This document shows positions 12,470 to 25,903 of a stretch of 64,000 nucleotides of DNA, one piece after another. Source of the stretch: Eledone cirrhosa. Lineage: Eukaryota. The stretch lies in the NCBI GenBank assembly GCA_964016885.1, contig OZ024742.1, forward strand, positions 104,904,001 through 104,968,000. The letters are read 5' to 3'. The notes beneath the pieces are model-generated. The model worked only from the letters and a program-made list of their open reading frames with translations. It ran no database searches and was not told where the DNA came from. Position numbers and translations under genes: made by a program. Every line of letters begins with the position of its first letter. The first letter of the stretch is position 1.

Positions 12470-12790
12470 TAAATGTTATTGATCTAAGTTAAGACTACTA
12501 TCCAAAGTTCCTATGATTTGAGTTGACCAAAAAACTGTCCAAAGTTCATTTGGTTTGAGTTGATTAAGACTACTGACCAATGGTTACTTGATCTGAGTTA
12601 ATGAAAGCCACTGAGTTAATGAAAGAGCAAGGTTCAGTAGTTTACTTGATCAGTGTTGAGCAAGGTTACTGACCAAGGTTCATTTGTTCTGAGCTAACCA
12701 ATGTTCACTTGATCAGGGCTAACTTAGGCCACTGATGAAGATTCACTTATTTAAGCTGACTTGATTTGAGCTGACCAAGACTACTCAACA
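12470..12790. repeat. Diverged minisatellite (~35-40 bp unit like GTTCACTTGATCTGAGTTGACCAAGACTACTGACCAA)
   Basis: Recurring GTTCA/CTTGAT/GAG(T/C)TGACCAA motifs. Confidence 0.6.
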
Positions 12791-13301
12791 GCAACAATAT
12801 TAATAACATTGGGAATGACTTTCATCTCTATAGAATCAATATAATAAATACCATACAACTAATTATTCACTTCTACACAATATTTTTCAATGTGAGAACA
12901 ATAAATATGGTCAAATTATTGGCATTAACCCTTTTATTACTATACTTCTGATAGAAGACAATGCCTACGATTTTCAAATATATATTTTTTTAATAATCAA
13001 GTGTTTGGAAAGATTTAGTAATATAACTAACTTTTTCATTAAGTTGATGTCTGGAACATTAAGGTTCTTACATAAAATTATAATGGAATATTTGAATTTA
13101 AGTATAAACATCTTAAAATAGTTTTTCATCATTGAACCATAGGTGGGTTCAAATAGTTTGGTGACTACATATTTTTCTAAGTTTTTTAAGTTCTTAATTT
13201 CTGAGCTGGTAGTTTGAGACTCTGGAGAGGGATAGGTTTTACTTGGTGTAAAATGTCCGACTGTGTCAGGATAGCACCACTATAATTGCCTTAGGAGTTA
13301 G

Positions 13302-14083
13302 CCCTTTTGATACCAACTCATCTGATTCCACCTCTGGTTTTATGATACAACTGTAGCGAAATCTCTTTGCACATACTGACCCCAAATGACATCTGGCTGC
13401 TATTTCTCTATCTTGGGTTGGCGTCAGTGGTCTGGAGAGGCTGGCCAGCTTGAGTTTAAATGAGACAAATTTTTCTTTAGGTTATTCCACTCTGGTTCTT
13501 TGGAAGAGAAAGATCACTTCGAGTTGCTCAAGCAAGTAGTGAGATGCAACATTTAGCAAAAATACTCCAGCCCTCTCGACAAGGGCAAACAACAATTCTT
13601 CCATTGGCACTTCAACCACACTCAGCCTCTTCAGATAGACAACACAGCTTCCTTGCCACTGCGAGTTTAATACTACCTCTGCTGGTATGTACTGTCTGAA
13701 TACAACTTGTTACTTTTTAATCATACATCATATATTAAAAGTCTCCAGCACAATACAGAAGCCTTTCTGAACACTATATTCATTTGCGAATGCTACAATC
13801 TTTATATTTACAATTCAAAGTAATCATATTTTTTCCTTTTTACTGAAGTGAAGTAAAGTTATAAATTCAACCAGAATTATTGGTATATGTTCTGTTTATT
13901 ATCCTCTTCCACAATAACCAAACACTTGGCTTCACAACTGCCTGTTTAAAGTGTTTATCATTATTATCCTTATATTTATAGTAAAAAATTCCATCAGTAT
14001 TTATATACATATAAATACTTTAAAATAAATAGTTTTGTGCTGTAGAATCATGGACGGTTACAAGCAGCTTGGTGTCAAAAGGG
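13302..14083. mobile_element. piggyBac-like non-autonomous element (MITE), possibly with a nested insert
   Basis: Terminal inverted repeats CCCTTTTGATACCAA / TTGGTGTCAAAAGGG; TTAA at right and TTAG at left. Confidence 0.6.
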
Positions 14084-14411
14084 TTAATCTTGATATTTTA
14101 CAATACTTAATTTTGTGATTTCCTGACATGAGCTCAAATCCTACTTAGGTCATGTTTAACTTTCACCTTGAAATTAGTATTACTTGTTTTTATTGTTACT
14201 GAGGTCAGCCCTGACTGTGCAGATATATGATGGTCATCCCATCCCTCTCTGAAATATTGAGTAACTATAATTACATTGCTATTCCTAGCAAGCTCAGTGA
14301 TCATACAATAAATTCTTCATTGATTTTTACCAGTTATATACTGAAATGAATCTAACTGACTAACCTACATCCTATAGAAACTAACAAATTGAACCTAGTT
14401 AAATATATGTG

Positions 14412-14745
14412 CAGTGGAGCCTCGGTTTAAGAACTTAATTGATTTCTGAAGGCTGTTCATCACCCAAAATGTTCTTAAACCTAAACTACTTTTCTCATAC
14501 AAAATGTTAAGAGAGAAATACAGTGAGAGAGAGAGAGAGACAGAGAGTTATCACCATAGTAACTAACTACACAGCAAGTGATACTTTCCTCCTGATACTC
14601 CAAGCTTGTTGCAAACCGTTGTTGCTGGCTTGTGTGTTCGTTACTCGAGACACTATTTGTGAATTGAGATGTTTTATGTTTAGAAAAACTGTTTTTGAAC
14701 CGAGTTGTTTGTGATGAGAGGTGTTCGTGAACCAAGGTTCCACTG
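14412..14745. mobile_element. Tigger/pogo-like MITE
   Basis: TIRs CAGTGGAGCCTCGGTTTAAGAAC / GTTCGTGAACCAAGGTTCCACTG; TA target duplication decayed. Confidence 0.75.
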
Positions 14746-15317
14746 CATATATATTTAAATTAATGTTGCAAAATATGAACAAAAAGAAAACAAATTAGAC
14801 CCATCCAATCCTTGCTAGCAAGCAAAGTGGATGTAAAATGAAGGCTGTGATGATGATAGAAGCAAACAACAATAACAACAACAAAAACTAGAATCAAGAC
14901 ATAATTTCAAAAGTATGCTCGGAATGGTTGTCATAGGAATCAGATGTTCCTAAGTTTTAATCTCTTCTCAAATTAGACAGAAATAAATAATAAACAAAAA
15001 GATATAGAAAAAAGATATTAAATAAATAGGAAATGGTAAAAAGCTTTGACTCATTTATTCTGAAGATATCCTAGTAGCAAATCATATTTTATGATTCTGA
15101 CCAAAATAGAGATATGTCGTGTGTAGGAAAATGCATGGCTACATGGTTAAGAAGTTTGCTTTGTAACTACATAGTTTCAAGTTTGGTTCTACTTCTACCT
15201 TAGCCTAAGTCAACCAAAACCTTGTAAATAAAATTTGGTTGAAAAAAGTTGTGTGAAACCTGTCAAAAGAACCATTCCTGTTCTTGGGTAGCAGATTTGA
15301 TCAGTTGGCCAGTTTAA

Positions 15318-15537
15318 CCCTTTAGCATTTAAACTGGCTGTATCCGGCCATAATTCTCTCACATCTTTCTGTTCAAACCAGCCATAACTGGCCATTCATA
15401 CTGATGTTAAGGTATTGTTCTCAAAATAAATAATATCAAAATCTCATAGACTCAATATTATGTCAGATAATTATGTAAGGTAAGCCTTTATCATGTAAAT
15501 ATAATAGTAAATATAGAGTAATGTGAATGTTAAAAGG
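15318..15537. mobile_element. TTAA-flanked piggyBac-like MITE
   Basis: TTAA-CCCTTTAGCATT...AATGTTAAAAGG-TTAA; second copy at 44633-44852. Confidence 0.75.
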
Positions 15538-15679
15538 TTAACACTGCCTCCTCATCCTTGTACGCATTTAGTGGAGTTCCCTTTGTTGTAAGTACTCAGG
15601 CCAGGTCTCTTTTGGAGGCTCTGGACATCCACTTGGGGTTGCTCTGACAATGGGGGTGAGTTCATCTGTATTAGTTGGC

Positions 15680-17790
15680 GATAGAAAAAAATGTATGCAA
15701 AACTCCTGTATCTACAGAGAAGCAGACATTAATTCAGACCTCTACATGGTAAAAGCAGTTATGAAGATAAAACTAAAGAAAAATACATGGGAATGAGGAT
15801 ATGGTGGCAATTGAAAATTTTGTAAATAGAATGAGAAGATTTCACAATAAATTGACTAGAGAAAATAGTCTAATATTAAGGCATATGAACTCTGATTACA
15901 GAAAAAAATGCCCATTTTTTTCCATTATTGGGATTTATATGCCCTAATATTAAATTATTTTCTGTAGTCAATTTATGGTGAAAGAGAAATGTTTCTTAAT
16001 AATCAAAAAAATCCAAAGCTTTTTAATATTGGCAAACTTAATGAAAGTGACATCAGAGACTCATATCAGCTAGAACTCAAGAATCGATATGCTGCATTAA
16101 ATGCAGAAACAGATATAGATCAGCATTGGAGTAGATTCACTACAATTGAGACAGCCAAAAATAGAATACGGAGAAAAGGAAGAAAGTGCAGAAAGCAGTG
16201 GATATCAGCAAAGACATGGGAAGTTATAGATAAACAACATGAAGAGAAAGTTAAGAAAGATACCACACAAGATGCTAAAATGAAGTATAAAGACAGAGAA
16301 GCAGAGAAACATTGCCATGGAGGTAAAGGGTTGTTGTGGATTGAAGGCAAATCAAAAACTGAAGAAAAATTTGCTATCCCCCACAAAACCACTAAGATAA
16401 AAATAACAAAAAAAAAGCAAAACAAAGAAATGATCCAAAGTACTGAGACAGCTGTCAGGATATGAAAGCAGTAATGGAAGGGTGACCATAAAAGGTAAGG
16501 ACAACAAATGTTCAAAATAGGCTGAACAAAACTAAACCGAAAGTTGCACTGAATAAACCTGAACCTAAGGAGCTTTTATTGTGATTATGTTGACAAACTC
16601 ATATTAGAAGAAGTTCAGAAAGTTTTACAATCATTGAAAAATAATAAAACTGCAGACGGAATTCCTGGGAAGCTTGTGGAATGTGGAATGGAAGTCCTTG
16701 TAAAGGAGAAGGGAAGACCCCCTTCAATTATGACTGACCATGAGGCTGCACCTGGAAAGTTCTTCTCCAGGGTACAAGTCTGGGAAAAGTATTTTTTTAG
16801 AAGATTAGCAATCATTCACACATGCTAGTCTCTCCTCTCTACACCACCAATGTTGTCCAAAGGAAAGGCAAAGGATGATACAGCTTGTTACCAGTGTTGT
16901 TGCAACTCATTTCTTTACAGCTGAGCACACTAGAGCAATGTGAAATAAGGTGTCTTGCTCAATTACATTGTGAGCCCAACACCCTAACTAATGATTGCTC
17001 TACATCCTCCAGGGTAATGCCTTCGCTATTCTGTTTGCCTGGGTCATGGGGCTGCCAGCACGTTGGCCCCCATTTGCTCATAATAGTGAGAGATGGAAAG
17101 AGGGAGAGAGATAGGGGCAGTGACAGTGGGAGTGTGGTGTACATGTTTCTCATTATTGTATTGATAAAGTGGAAAAATTAGAGTTTTCAGACAAAGAACC
17201 TGATCAGCTATTGAGCTCATTACAAATACAATCTGTAAAATTTGTAAAATATGTAAAATTTTCTAAAATTCAACACGTCTGACACTCACCATTTTTTTAA
17301 CCCTACTTAAACTATATAATATAGTCTGGGATGATAAGAAAATACCTAGAGTGGAAAACAACAGTTATTGGGAACTGACAAAGAAAAGTGATTTTGAAAT
17401 TATTAAATATTTCATTACTAAGGTAATAACTTAACATATCATTCTAATACAAACTTATCTTAGATTTTAATTTAAATAGGAACCCTGTAAAATAGATGGT
17501 TTTGTTTGAACCTGGTCAAGTTTTGGGTGGGTTGTTATCAAAAAAGCTTTGATAGAATTATGACATTTCCAAAGTCAACAATCTGGATTTTGAGGATAGA
17601 GATCATACACTGATGCTATTTTTGCCTTGCAACACATAATTGAAAACACAATCAGTTATAAATCAACTGCAGCTATTAATTTTGTTGACAATGTAAACAG
17701 AAATGTTAGGTGGAAAAATAACAGGAAGTTATGGAATATCTGAAAAATTTGTAAACATAATAAAGGCAATGAATAAAAAAAAAAGTTCTA
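15680..17790 (+). mobile_element. Highly degenerate RTE-like LINE with nested SINE pieces
   Basis: GADINSDxxMV-like APE end, YQLELKNRY, KQWISAKTW, LKNNKTADGIP, YGISEKFVNIIKAM; SINE-like sequence at ~16800-16990. Confidence 0.6.
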
Positions 17791-18080
17791 ATTGTTGCAT
17801 TAATAAACATATAATTTATTCAATATACACGATCTCACAATATCATGAAAGGTCATTGACATTATATAAAAATAATTGAGCAGTATCTAATAAAAACAAA
17901 ACACATTACTAAAGGTAATGGTGAAAGGTGGAAGAAAAAAGAAAATGAAAAGGAGAAAAAGAAAGAAGGATCAAGCAGTGAAAGAAAGGGAGAGGAACAG
18001 TCACTACACCCCAGTCTGCATATGTGTTATTGAGAGAATGATGTTTGTTTTGTTGGTGAAACTGATGTTAACAAGCTTGT

Positions 18081-18149
18081 GACCTGACTCTCAATTGACC
18101 TGACTCTCAATTGACCTGACTCTCAATTGACCTGACTCTCAATTGACCT
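18081..18149. repeat. Perfect tandem repeat, 16-bp unit GACCTGACTCTCAATT x4.3
   Basis: Direct reading. Confidence 0.9.
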
Positions 18150-18829
18150 ATCTATGAAGGTGGAGGATTGGCAAAATTGGTAGAATGTCAGATAAAATGC
18201 CATTGTGGTATTTATATTCTAAGTTTAAATTTTGCCAAGGCCATCTTTGCCTTTCATCATTTCAGGGTTGATAAAATAAAGTACCACTCAGGTACTGATT
18301 CAATGTAATTGACATTGTCATTCCCCAACATTTGCTGGCCTTGTGCCCAAATTAGAAATCACTCTTTTTCTACCTTGTTAGAGATTTTAGACAGACATGG
18401 GTTGGTCAAGAAGGACAAGGGCCCATATGAGACAATGACAGGATTTGGATTTTGCTGATAAGAAAACTCAAAGAAAGTTTATAAATATATGAAAAATGAT
18501 GGACCTCTATCAGTTTTGAAAACAAGTGTTTCAGTTGTTCTAGCAATAGAATAACCTGCTTATGAAATTAACCTAAAAGTGGTTGAGCATTCCACTGACA
18601 TGCATACCTTTAATGAAATTCTCATGCAGATTCAACATGACACAGTGTGTGGACCAGGATGGCTCTTTGAATTACAGGTACAACTTCTTTTAGCCAGCTG
18701 GGTGTACAGGAGCAATGTGAAGTAATGTGTCAATGATACCCCACCCCATATATAAAGTCTACAAAATTTTTTTTTATGATAAATACATTTAATTTGAATA
18801 AAATCTTACATGAAATAGAAAAAAATATT

Positions 18830-20090
18830 TTAAATGAATTTATAATTTTTTAATGGAATTTGCGATGCCAATGATCTAACAATCTGTAATACAAATTTCA
18901 GAAAACCTGTCAACCATTTGATCACTTATAGATCAGGTGAACACACTAACCAAATAGATTTTATCCTCACTAGAAGACAGGATACGGTGACAGTTATAAA
19001 CATGAAGTCTCTCTCTAGTGAGGAATGCACCTCCCAACATAACCTAGTAGTTAGCAACTTTAAAGTTTGGTCCAAATGAAGTTGGAGATAGAGAGCTACC
19101 TGGAGGGGAAGGATATGGAAGCTAAGAGAGCCCTCAGATGGTAACAAATTTAGCTTGATGCATTTGACAATAAGGAAGAAGTAATACAGACCAACAATAT
19201 AAAGGCATAGTGGGAATTACTAAGAGATAATCTGCAGAATGGCTCCTAAGAGAAGGAGAAGGATTTGGTAGCTGAACAGTAAGGTGAATGAGACAATTAA
19301 GTAAAAAAAACAGGCATGGAAAGAAAGGCAAAAAATGGCAAGCAGAGAACATTACCCAGAAACTAGAAGAGAAGCTGGTGACAAGTATACTATGCAAGGA
19401 GGGAAGCCAAAAATAAAAAATTTAAGCATGTTTTTCAACATGAGGACCAAAGATGTGAGGTGTTAAGGATTGTGAGGCTGTGTGCCAGGGAAAATTGTGA
19501 TGTTGGAGAGAAGTGTGTCCGAGACAACAATGTTGCACTTGCCCTCACCGACACTGAATAGAAAGTAGCATGGAAGTGCCATTATGAGAGACTTCTGAAT
19601 GCAGAAAATGCATGAAAGGAAGATAGTCTACTCCAAGTCAACCCAACAGAGGGACTAGCTGTATAAGTTAGAAGCAGCATAGTAAGTAAGGCAATTAAGG
19701 ATATGAAGACAGGCAAATTAGCAGGACCATCAGGAGTAGTTGCTGAGATGCATAACCACCCGCATTATAAATCAAGTAATACAAAATGTTGTCATACTCA
19801 ATGACAGGTGTAGCAGCATCATTGTCAATGGCTACAAGGGCAACGGCAATGCATTAGGCAGAGGGAACTATAGAAGCATCAAATTTACAGACCAGGTCAT
19901 GAAAGTTGCAGAAAGAGTTATTGCACAGCTGATTAGGCACTGGATTAAACTAGATGAGTTGCATTTCAGATTTGTGCTGGGTAAAAGTACCACTGATGCC
20001 CTCTTCCTTGTGAGTCATCTCCAGGAGAAGTACCTAGCTAAAAAATAAGCCCCTTTATTTGGCATTTGTTGATTTGGAGAAAACTTGAGT
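18830..20090 (+). mobile_element. Older degenerate copy of the RTE family at 26-28 kb and 35-37 kb
   Basis: ANDLTICNTNFRKPVNHLITYRSGEHTNQIDFILTRR, NYRSIKFTDQVMKVAERV, STTDALF..LQEKYLAK. Confidence 0.85.
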
Positions 20091-21038
20091 GATTGTAAAA
20101 TAACCTGAAAGAAATATGGGAGCAGCGGGTAGAATCAAATAGAATTTCAGTGTGAGGGAGAGAGACAAATACAACATGAGAAAACAATTGAGAGATTGTG
20201 AAGAAAGATAGGGAAAATAGGAGCCAATTCCAGTTGTAAATATCCAATATCATGAGATAGAGTTTTGAAGAATTTGTTTTGTTTTTTGCTCTATCACCCA
20301 ATGCTATGACTGGTTTCATTTGTGTAGTATTCCTGACAATTACATCAGATAATATCTCCTACTCCTCCACAATCATTCTTTACAGTTGGGTGAGGTGAAA
20401 ACAAGGTCTCTACATAGTTTCTTGACATGCTAGAAGGAACAGTGAAACAAGCCCCATTTTTGTTACCAAGTCACTTGAAACCAACCTTGGTTCTGTGATG
20501 AAAAACATATTCTAAAATGTTTATATTTAAATTTGAGCCTTCCATTAGAATTTTATGTTAGAACATAACTTAATAAAGTTATGTTCCAACATAACTTAAT
20601 AAAGTTATGTTCCAAACACCAAGTTAATGAGAAAATTAGTTAACTTACTAAATCCTTCCGAATTTTTGAATATTTTCAAAATTATTTGAAACACATAAGC
20701 AGTGTCTTTCATTAAACAAATGCTTTATTTCTTTGAAATAAAAGTTTTAGAGGATAACAGCTTCCAAAAGATTCCATGTTGGTCTACATTACCTCTCATC
20801 TCAACATCAACCCACCTAAAATCACCCTCTAGTTCTATGATGAAGAACTATTTGTTTTAAGGTGTTTTATATTGGCAGTATATACTTTGTATTTTAAATA
20901 TACATAAATAACATTACAAACTGTTCACAATTCTTTCAGAATGAAAATATAAACACATATAATAAATATAATTAACTATTGCTAGAAATCTCACAAATAT
21001 AACACAAAGTTATTCACCAAACACTAAGTTAGTAATGA

Positions 21039-21253
21039 TTTCTACTATAGGCACAAGGCCAGCAATTTTGGTGGAGGGGAAAGTCAATTAAATCAACCCC
21101 CCCCCCCAGTACATTACTGGTGCTTTATTTTATCGACCTCGTATGGATGAAAGGCAAAGCTAACCTAGGCGGGATTTGAAATCAGAACATAAAAGGCTGC
21201 AACTCTATGCCATGAAGCATATTGTCTACCGATTCTGCCAATCCACCACCCTT
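21039..21253 (-). mobile_element. tRNA-derived SINE with 20-bp target-site duplication
   Basis: AAACACTAAGTTA(G/A)TAATGA at 21019-21038 and 21254-21273; same family as 10679-11055. Confidence 0.85.
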
Positions 21254-22119
21254 AAACACTAAGTTAATAATGAAAAAGTTATTTATATTACTAAATACCT
21301 CCAATTTTTTGATTATTTTCAAAATCATTTGAAACACTTTGGCAGTGTCTCTCATGGGGGTCAAGAGAGATTCGGCTGTTACATTGAACAGATTGAGTGG
21401 CCATTAAAAACGACTCTCTCTGGTTCAGAGTTCTTTATTGATTTGTTGTTTAGTCCCAGGTCAGCTGTAATCCAGCAGAGTTATGAATAAAGTCATTCCA
21501 GCTATGATCATCTTGTTCTCCATTCTGGCATTGTATATCTAGTATTACTTTATTCAATGTGTCCCCTCCTTGCTTTTTCAACATGATAGATTTAAATTTG
21601 AGGGTGGATTTGATTGCTTATATCTAGTTAGTCAAGCAATTAGGCAGGAACCCCTTCACCAGTCTCATAATCAGACGGCAGGCTTATCTGTCATAATGCA
21701 CTTTGCAGATATCTGGAAAATTACTTTCTTGTATGATGTTTGACTGAATGAAAGAAAAGAGAAGAGGAAAAGATGAAACGGAAGGAAGGGAAGCCCTTAA
21801 CTCTTGATAGATGTGTTGGGACACAATCCTAACACACATCATGTTTTAGGGGTTTTAAAACTGGCAGAACCAATCATTCTCCAGGTTAAACACAGCCGAT
21901 TTATTTCAGAGATTGTGGAATTTGTGTACCTGTTGCCAATTTTGCATGAGCAGCAGTTTAAGAATAATCATAAATAGAGGAAGAGAAGGGGAGGAGGAGA
22001 GGAGGAGGAGAGGTGGAGCTAACAGTGGGTTGCATCCAAACAGAAATAAAGATGAATAATTAGAAGACATATTGTTGTATAGAGATGAACATGTTTAATG
22101 TTGAGTATCAAAAATCTAA

Positions 22120-22492
22120 TTATAAATACTATGGATGTGTGATATTAATTTGTATGAATAGTGAAGCATGGATGAGAGGAGAGGAAAACAGGCTATAAGA
22201 GGAATCAGATGTAATTTGCAAATGAGAAAACTGTGCTGGTATGGATATGTGATGCACATGGATGAATAAATGCCAGGAGCTCCCAGTAGAAAAAAGCTGT
22301 TATAAAAGACGGCCAAAGAAGCTGTTATATAAGACGGCCAAAGAAAACGTGGTAAACGTGAATCTTAAAATGTAGAACCACACAGGGGAGATGAAGAAGG
22401 AACGCGATAAATGGAAGGAGGCTGTGCTGGAAAAGACCTGTCCAACTCATGCAAACATGGAAAAACTGAGGTAAAAAGGATGACAATGATGG
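22120..22492 (+). mobile_element. Degenerate RTE 3' fragment
   Basis: IRGIRCNLQMRKLCWYGYVMHM, GRPKKTW-like motif, tail CATGCAAACATGGAAAA...(GAT). Confidence 0.65.
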
Positions 22493-23047
22493 TAATACTC
22501 TGAGGAAAGAAAGTCATTAACTCAATGACTTGTTATTTTAATAATTTTGGTAGGTATAGCAGTCAACCTCAGATATGTTTTGATGCTAAAGGAATGAAGC
22601 ATAGATTTCACTACATTTTTTGAAGTAGTATAACAGAATCAGTAAATATTGTAACCTGAGGTATAGAAAATTAGAATATTTTAGAAGATATATAGTCAGG
22701 TAGTATAAAATGTGTTAATATATGGTGTCACAGCAAAATTCACCCAGTCCAGTAATTCACCCAGTCCAGTAATGAGGTAGTGCTTGTTACACAACAAAAA
22801 GCATCCAGTCCACTCTAAGCTGGTTGTGCTGGTTTCATGAAAGGTGCTCCCAGTTCATGCTTTAAAGTGGTATTAGTAAGCGCATCGAGTTATAGAAACC
22901 AAGACTAAAATGAAATGTATGAACATGATCACGTGACCTGTCTAGCCTCAGAATGGGTCAGCCCTACTAACCCATGTAAGCATGAAACTAGACATTAAAC
23001 AATGATGAAGGTGATATGTATATTTGTGTATTCACACACACATATAT

Positions 23048-23091
<44 letters not shown>

Positions 23092-23097
<6 letters not shown>

Positions 23098-23565
23098 ATG
23101 CCTGCATACGAACAGTAATGTTGCATGGCAGTGAGACCTGGGCATTGTGTGCAGAGGATATACGCAGACTAGAGAGGAACAAAGCTTGCATGCTCCGCTG
23201 GATGTGTAATAGTAATATACGTGAATGGCAAAGCATTAACGAACTAAGGGAAAAATTAGAAATAAGAGGGATCAGATGTTGTACTCGAGAGAAGGCTACG
23301 TTGGTATGGTCACATGATGCGCATGAGAGACGACAGCTGTATAAAAAAGTGCAGGGCAATAAAGATAGACGGTAGCCACGGAGTAGGCAGACCCAGAAAA
23401 ACCTGGGACGACTTGATAAATTCCGACCTCACACACTTACACCTCTCCAAGACAATGTCACTGGACCGAGATCTTTGGCGCTACACAGTAATAGAGAAGA
23501 CCCGCCTTACCTAAATACAAAGTAAAACCTACTACAGTCAGTAGGCACCTCTAACAAAATACACT
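23092..23565 (+). mobile_element. RTE 3' fragment starting at a (TA)n run
   Basis: YDACIRTVMLHGSETWAL...GRPRKTWD; close match to 37075-37505. Confidence 0.9.
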
Positions 23566-24725
23566 GTTGTCTGCTAAAGACACCTAAGAACTAGGTGGTG
23601 ATGTTAAATCAGATGAATTAACTCTACCAGAGAGAAAGAGTGTGTGTGTTTGTGTGTGAGAGTGAGTGTGTATGTCTAATTGTAATCTGAAAATATTCTT
23701 TAAAAGGTAAAGGAAAGAGAGAGCTCTGCTTAATTTAATTCCTATATCATCATCTCAATAGAACAAGCTGTGTTGAGCAGTCAGTAATCAGATTGTTGTT
23801 GTTTTGAGAGATGAAGACAGAAAATGAATGTGGTGAATTCTTGAATACAAATAATCAAGAACCATGATCTCAGATATATATGAAATAAGTTCTAAAAAAT
23901 CAAACATGATTCCAAATATCCTGACAAATAATTCTCAATGGAATGGTTTTTGCAATAGGAAGAATTTCAAACCAAACTGAATGTTACAATTTTCAGGAGA
24001 TAGCAGAAGCTGCAAAAAAAAAAAAAAATGTCTTTGTAGGTTAGTATCAAATAACAGTTAGCAGCAGAATTTCACGTTCCACAGCTGAACATCAAGCTGA
24101 TTGTAAAATTAACCTCTTGGTAATAAGACCAAACAATATTCTGAGATATTTCTTCAGCATCCTTGTATAAATACAAGAGATGAGTTAGTAAGAGTTGGTG
24201 AATCTATGGGACGTCTCTTGAACAAATAGTATTCACCAGCAGTGACCTTAGAATAAACAAATGACAAAAGAGTCTGCTACACTGTTACTATCAAACCCAA
24301 TGATGACGCCTCAAAATGGCACATGGTTCTCTCTAGTGTTGCTGTATCTGGTGATTTAAAAAAAGAAACAACGTTCACCAGGAAGATATATTTATTTTAT
24401 TCAGTTTATTTTTGTTTGCTTTCTTTTGCTCTGAAGGGTGGATACATATGAATTCATAATGAATATCTTGGAATTTTTAACCAAAATGCCAGCTACAGGC
24501 AGAGATAGAGATACACAAGATAAAATCTGTTTGATGATTACATACATAATTCATTGCCCAAATTGGTACTGGCACCAGAAACTATTTTAAGCTGACAGTT
24601 TTCTGCTATTAAGTCATCAGTAAATTCAAAAGTGATGCAAATGTTTATAAAATGATCTTCAGAAATATGTCAGATTTATTTTTCATTCAGATTAATTTAA
24701 AAATATAATGTTTAACACATAACAT

Positions 24726-24759
<34 letters not shown>

Positions 24760-24770
24760 TATACATATAT

Positions 24771-25100
24771 TCATTTCATTTTACGTCCGCTTTTTCCCTG
24801 CTTGCAAGGGTGGGACGGGAACTGATTCTGGCTTGATTTCTACAGCTGGATGCCCTTCCTAACACCAACCTCATTTACAGTGAGTGCTGGATGCTTTTTT
24901 GCCGGGCACCTCCACGTCCACTCTGCAGTGGAATGATATGGACCCCAGTCCCTATCATCTCATTTCTACAGCTGAGTAAACTGGAACAATGTGAAATAAA
25001 GTGTCTTGCTCAAGGAAACAACACATCACCGGTCTGAGAATTGAACTCACAACCTTTCGATTGCAAGGCCAATGCTCTAACCACTAAGCCATGTGCCTCC
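24771..25100 (-). mobile_element. Full-length tRNA-head CORE-type SINE with RTE-derived 3' tail
   Basis: A box TGGCTTAGTGG, B box GAGTTCAATTC, CORE-like CCTTGAGCAAGACACTT, AGGAAGGGCATCC motif, tail CCCTTGCAAGCAGGG..GCGGACGTAAAATG; truncated copy at 57355-57583. Confidence 0.85.
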
Positions 25101-25103
25101 ATA

Positions 25104-25137
<34 letters not shown>

Positions 25138-25138
25138 C

Positions 25139-25290
25139 ACTGTAAATGTGATTGGTGTTAGGAAGGGCATCCAGCCATAGAAAACCCGCCAGACAGTCCT
25201 ATGCGAGCAAGACAACCACTCTTGCCTCAAGTGGGAAAACTCCCGTCCAAACCCATGCAAGCGTCGAATATGGACGTTAAACGATGATGA

Positions 25291-25293
<3 letters not shown>
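25139..25293 (+). mobile_element. RTE 3' UTR tail fragment in (TA)n
   Basis: Matches 37685-37850; ends in (GAT)n; similar reverse-strand fragment at 45851-46080. Confidence 0.85.
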
Positions 25294-25348
<55 letters not shown>

Positions 25349-25419
25349 AAAATTTCATTTCTCACTCTTAGTACGGCTGTACTTAAATATAAGTATATAC
25401 ATACTTATAAGTATATACA

Positions 25420-25471
<52 letters not shown>

Positions 25472-25486
25472 TGTATGTATGTATAT

Positions 25487-25844
25487 AACTCTGATATAAC
25501 ACCTGCAACCCTGATGGTATCCAATGATGTTGACTTGTTCTTCTTTTTGGTAAATATCATCTTGGTTAAGAGAGTGGGACTGGCTTTGTGCAGTGCCTTT
25601 GCTCACTATAAAAGCTTCACGGCACAGGCATTGCTTTATATCTGGAGATCTCTCTGCACTTGTCGTCACATGGTACCATGGGCCCAGCACTATGTGTCAA
25701 TAATTGTTACAAGTGTAGTGTTTGTACCAGAGTTTTCAAGTCACTGGCTGGACTAAAAAGTCACACTCGTTCAGCGCATCAGTAGGGGTTCTCCTACATG
25801 AATATAAAGTAGTGGCCGTACTCGAAAACGAGTTGGCAGCCACC
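25487..25844 (+). mobile_element. Bipartite non-autonomous RTE element, 5'-truncated
   Basis: Near-identical to reverse complement of 37892-38249; ends with C2H2 remnant [22 protein letters not shown]. Confidence 0.8.
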
Positions 25845-25903
25845 ATATATATATATATATATATATTGTAGTTGTCATTGTTTATGCTCTTTAGAAGAGT
25901 TTC

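Noticed and set aside
23740-24400. Possible decayed transposase or exon
   Set aside because: No recognisable motif or sustained open frame
25025-25100. tRNA gene
   Set aside because: A and B boxes run into a SINE body without a complete cloverleaf; it is a SINE head
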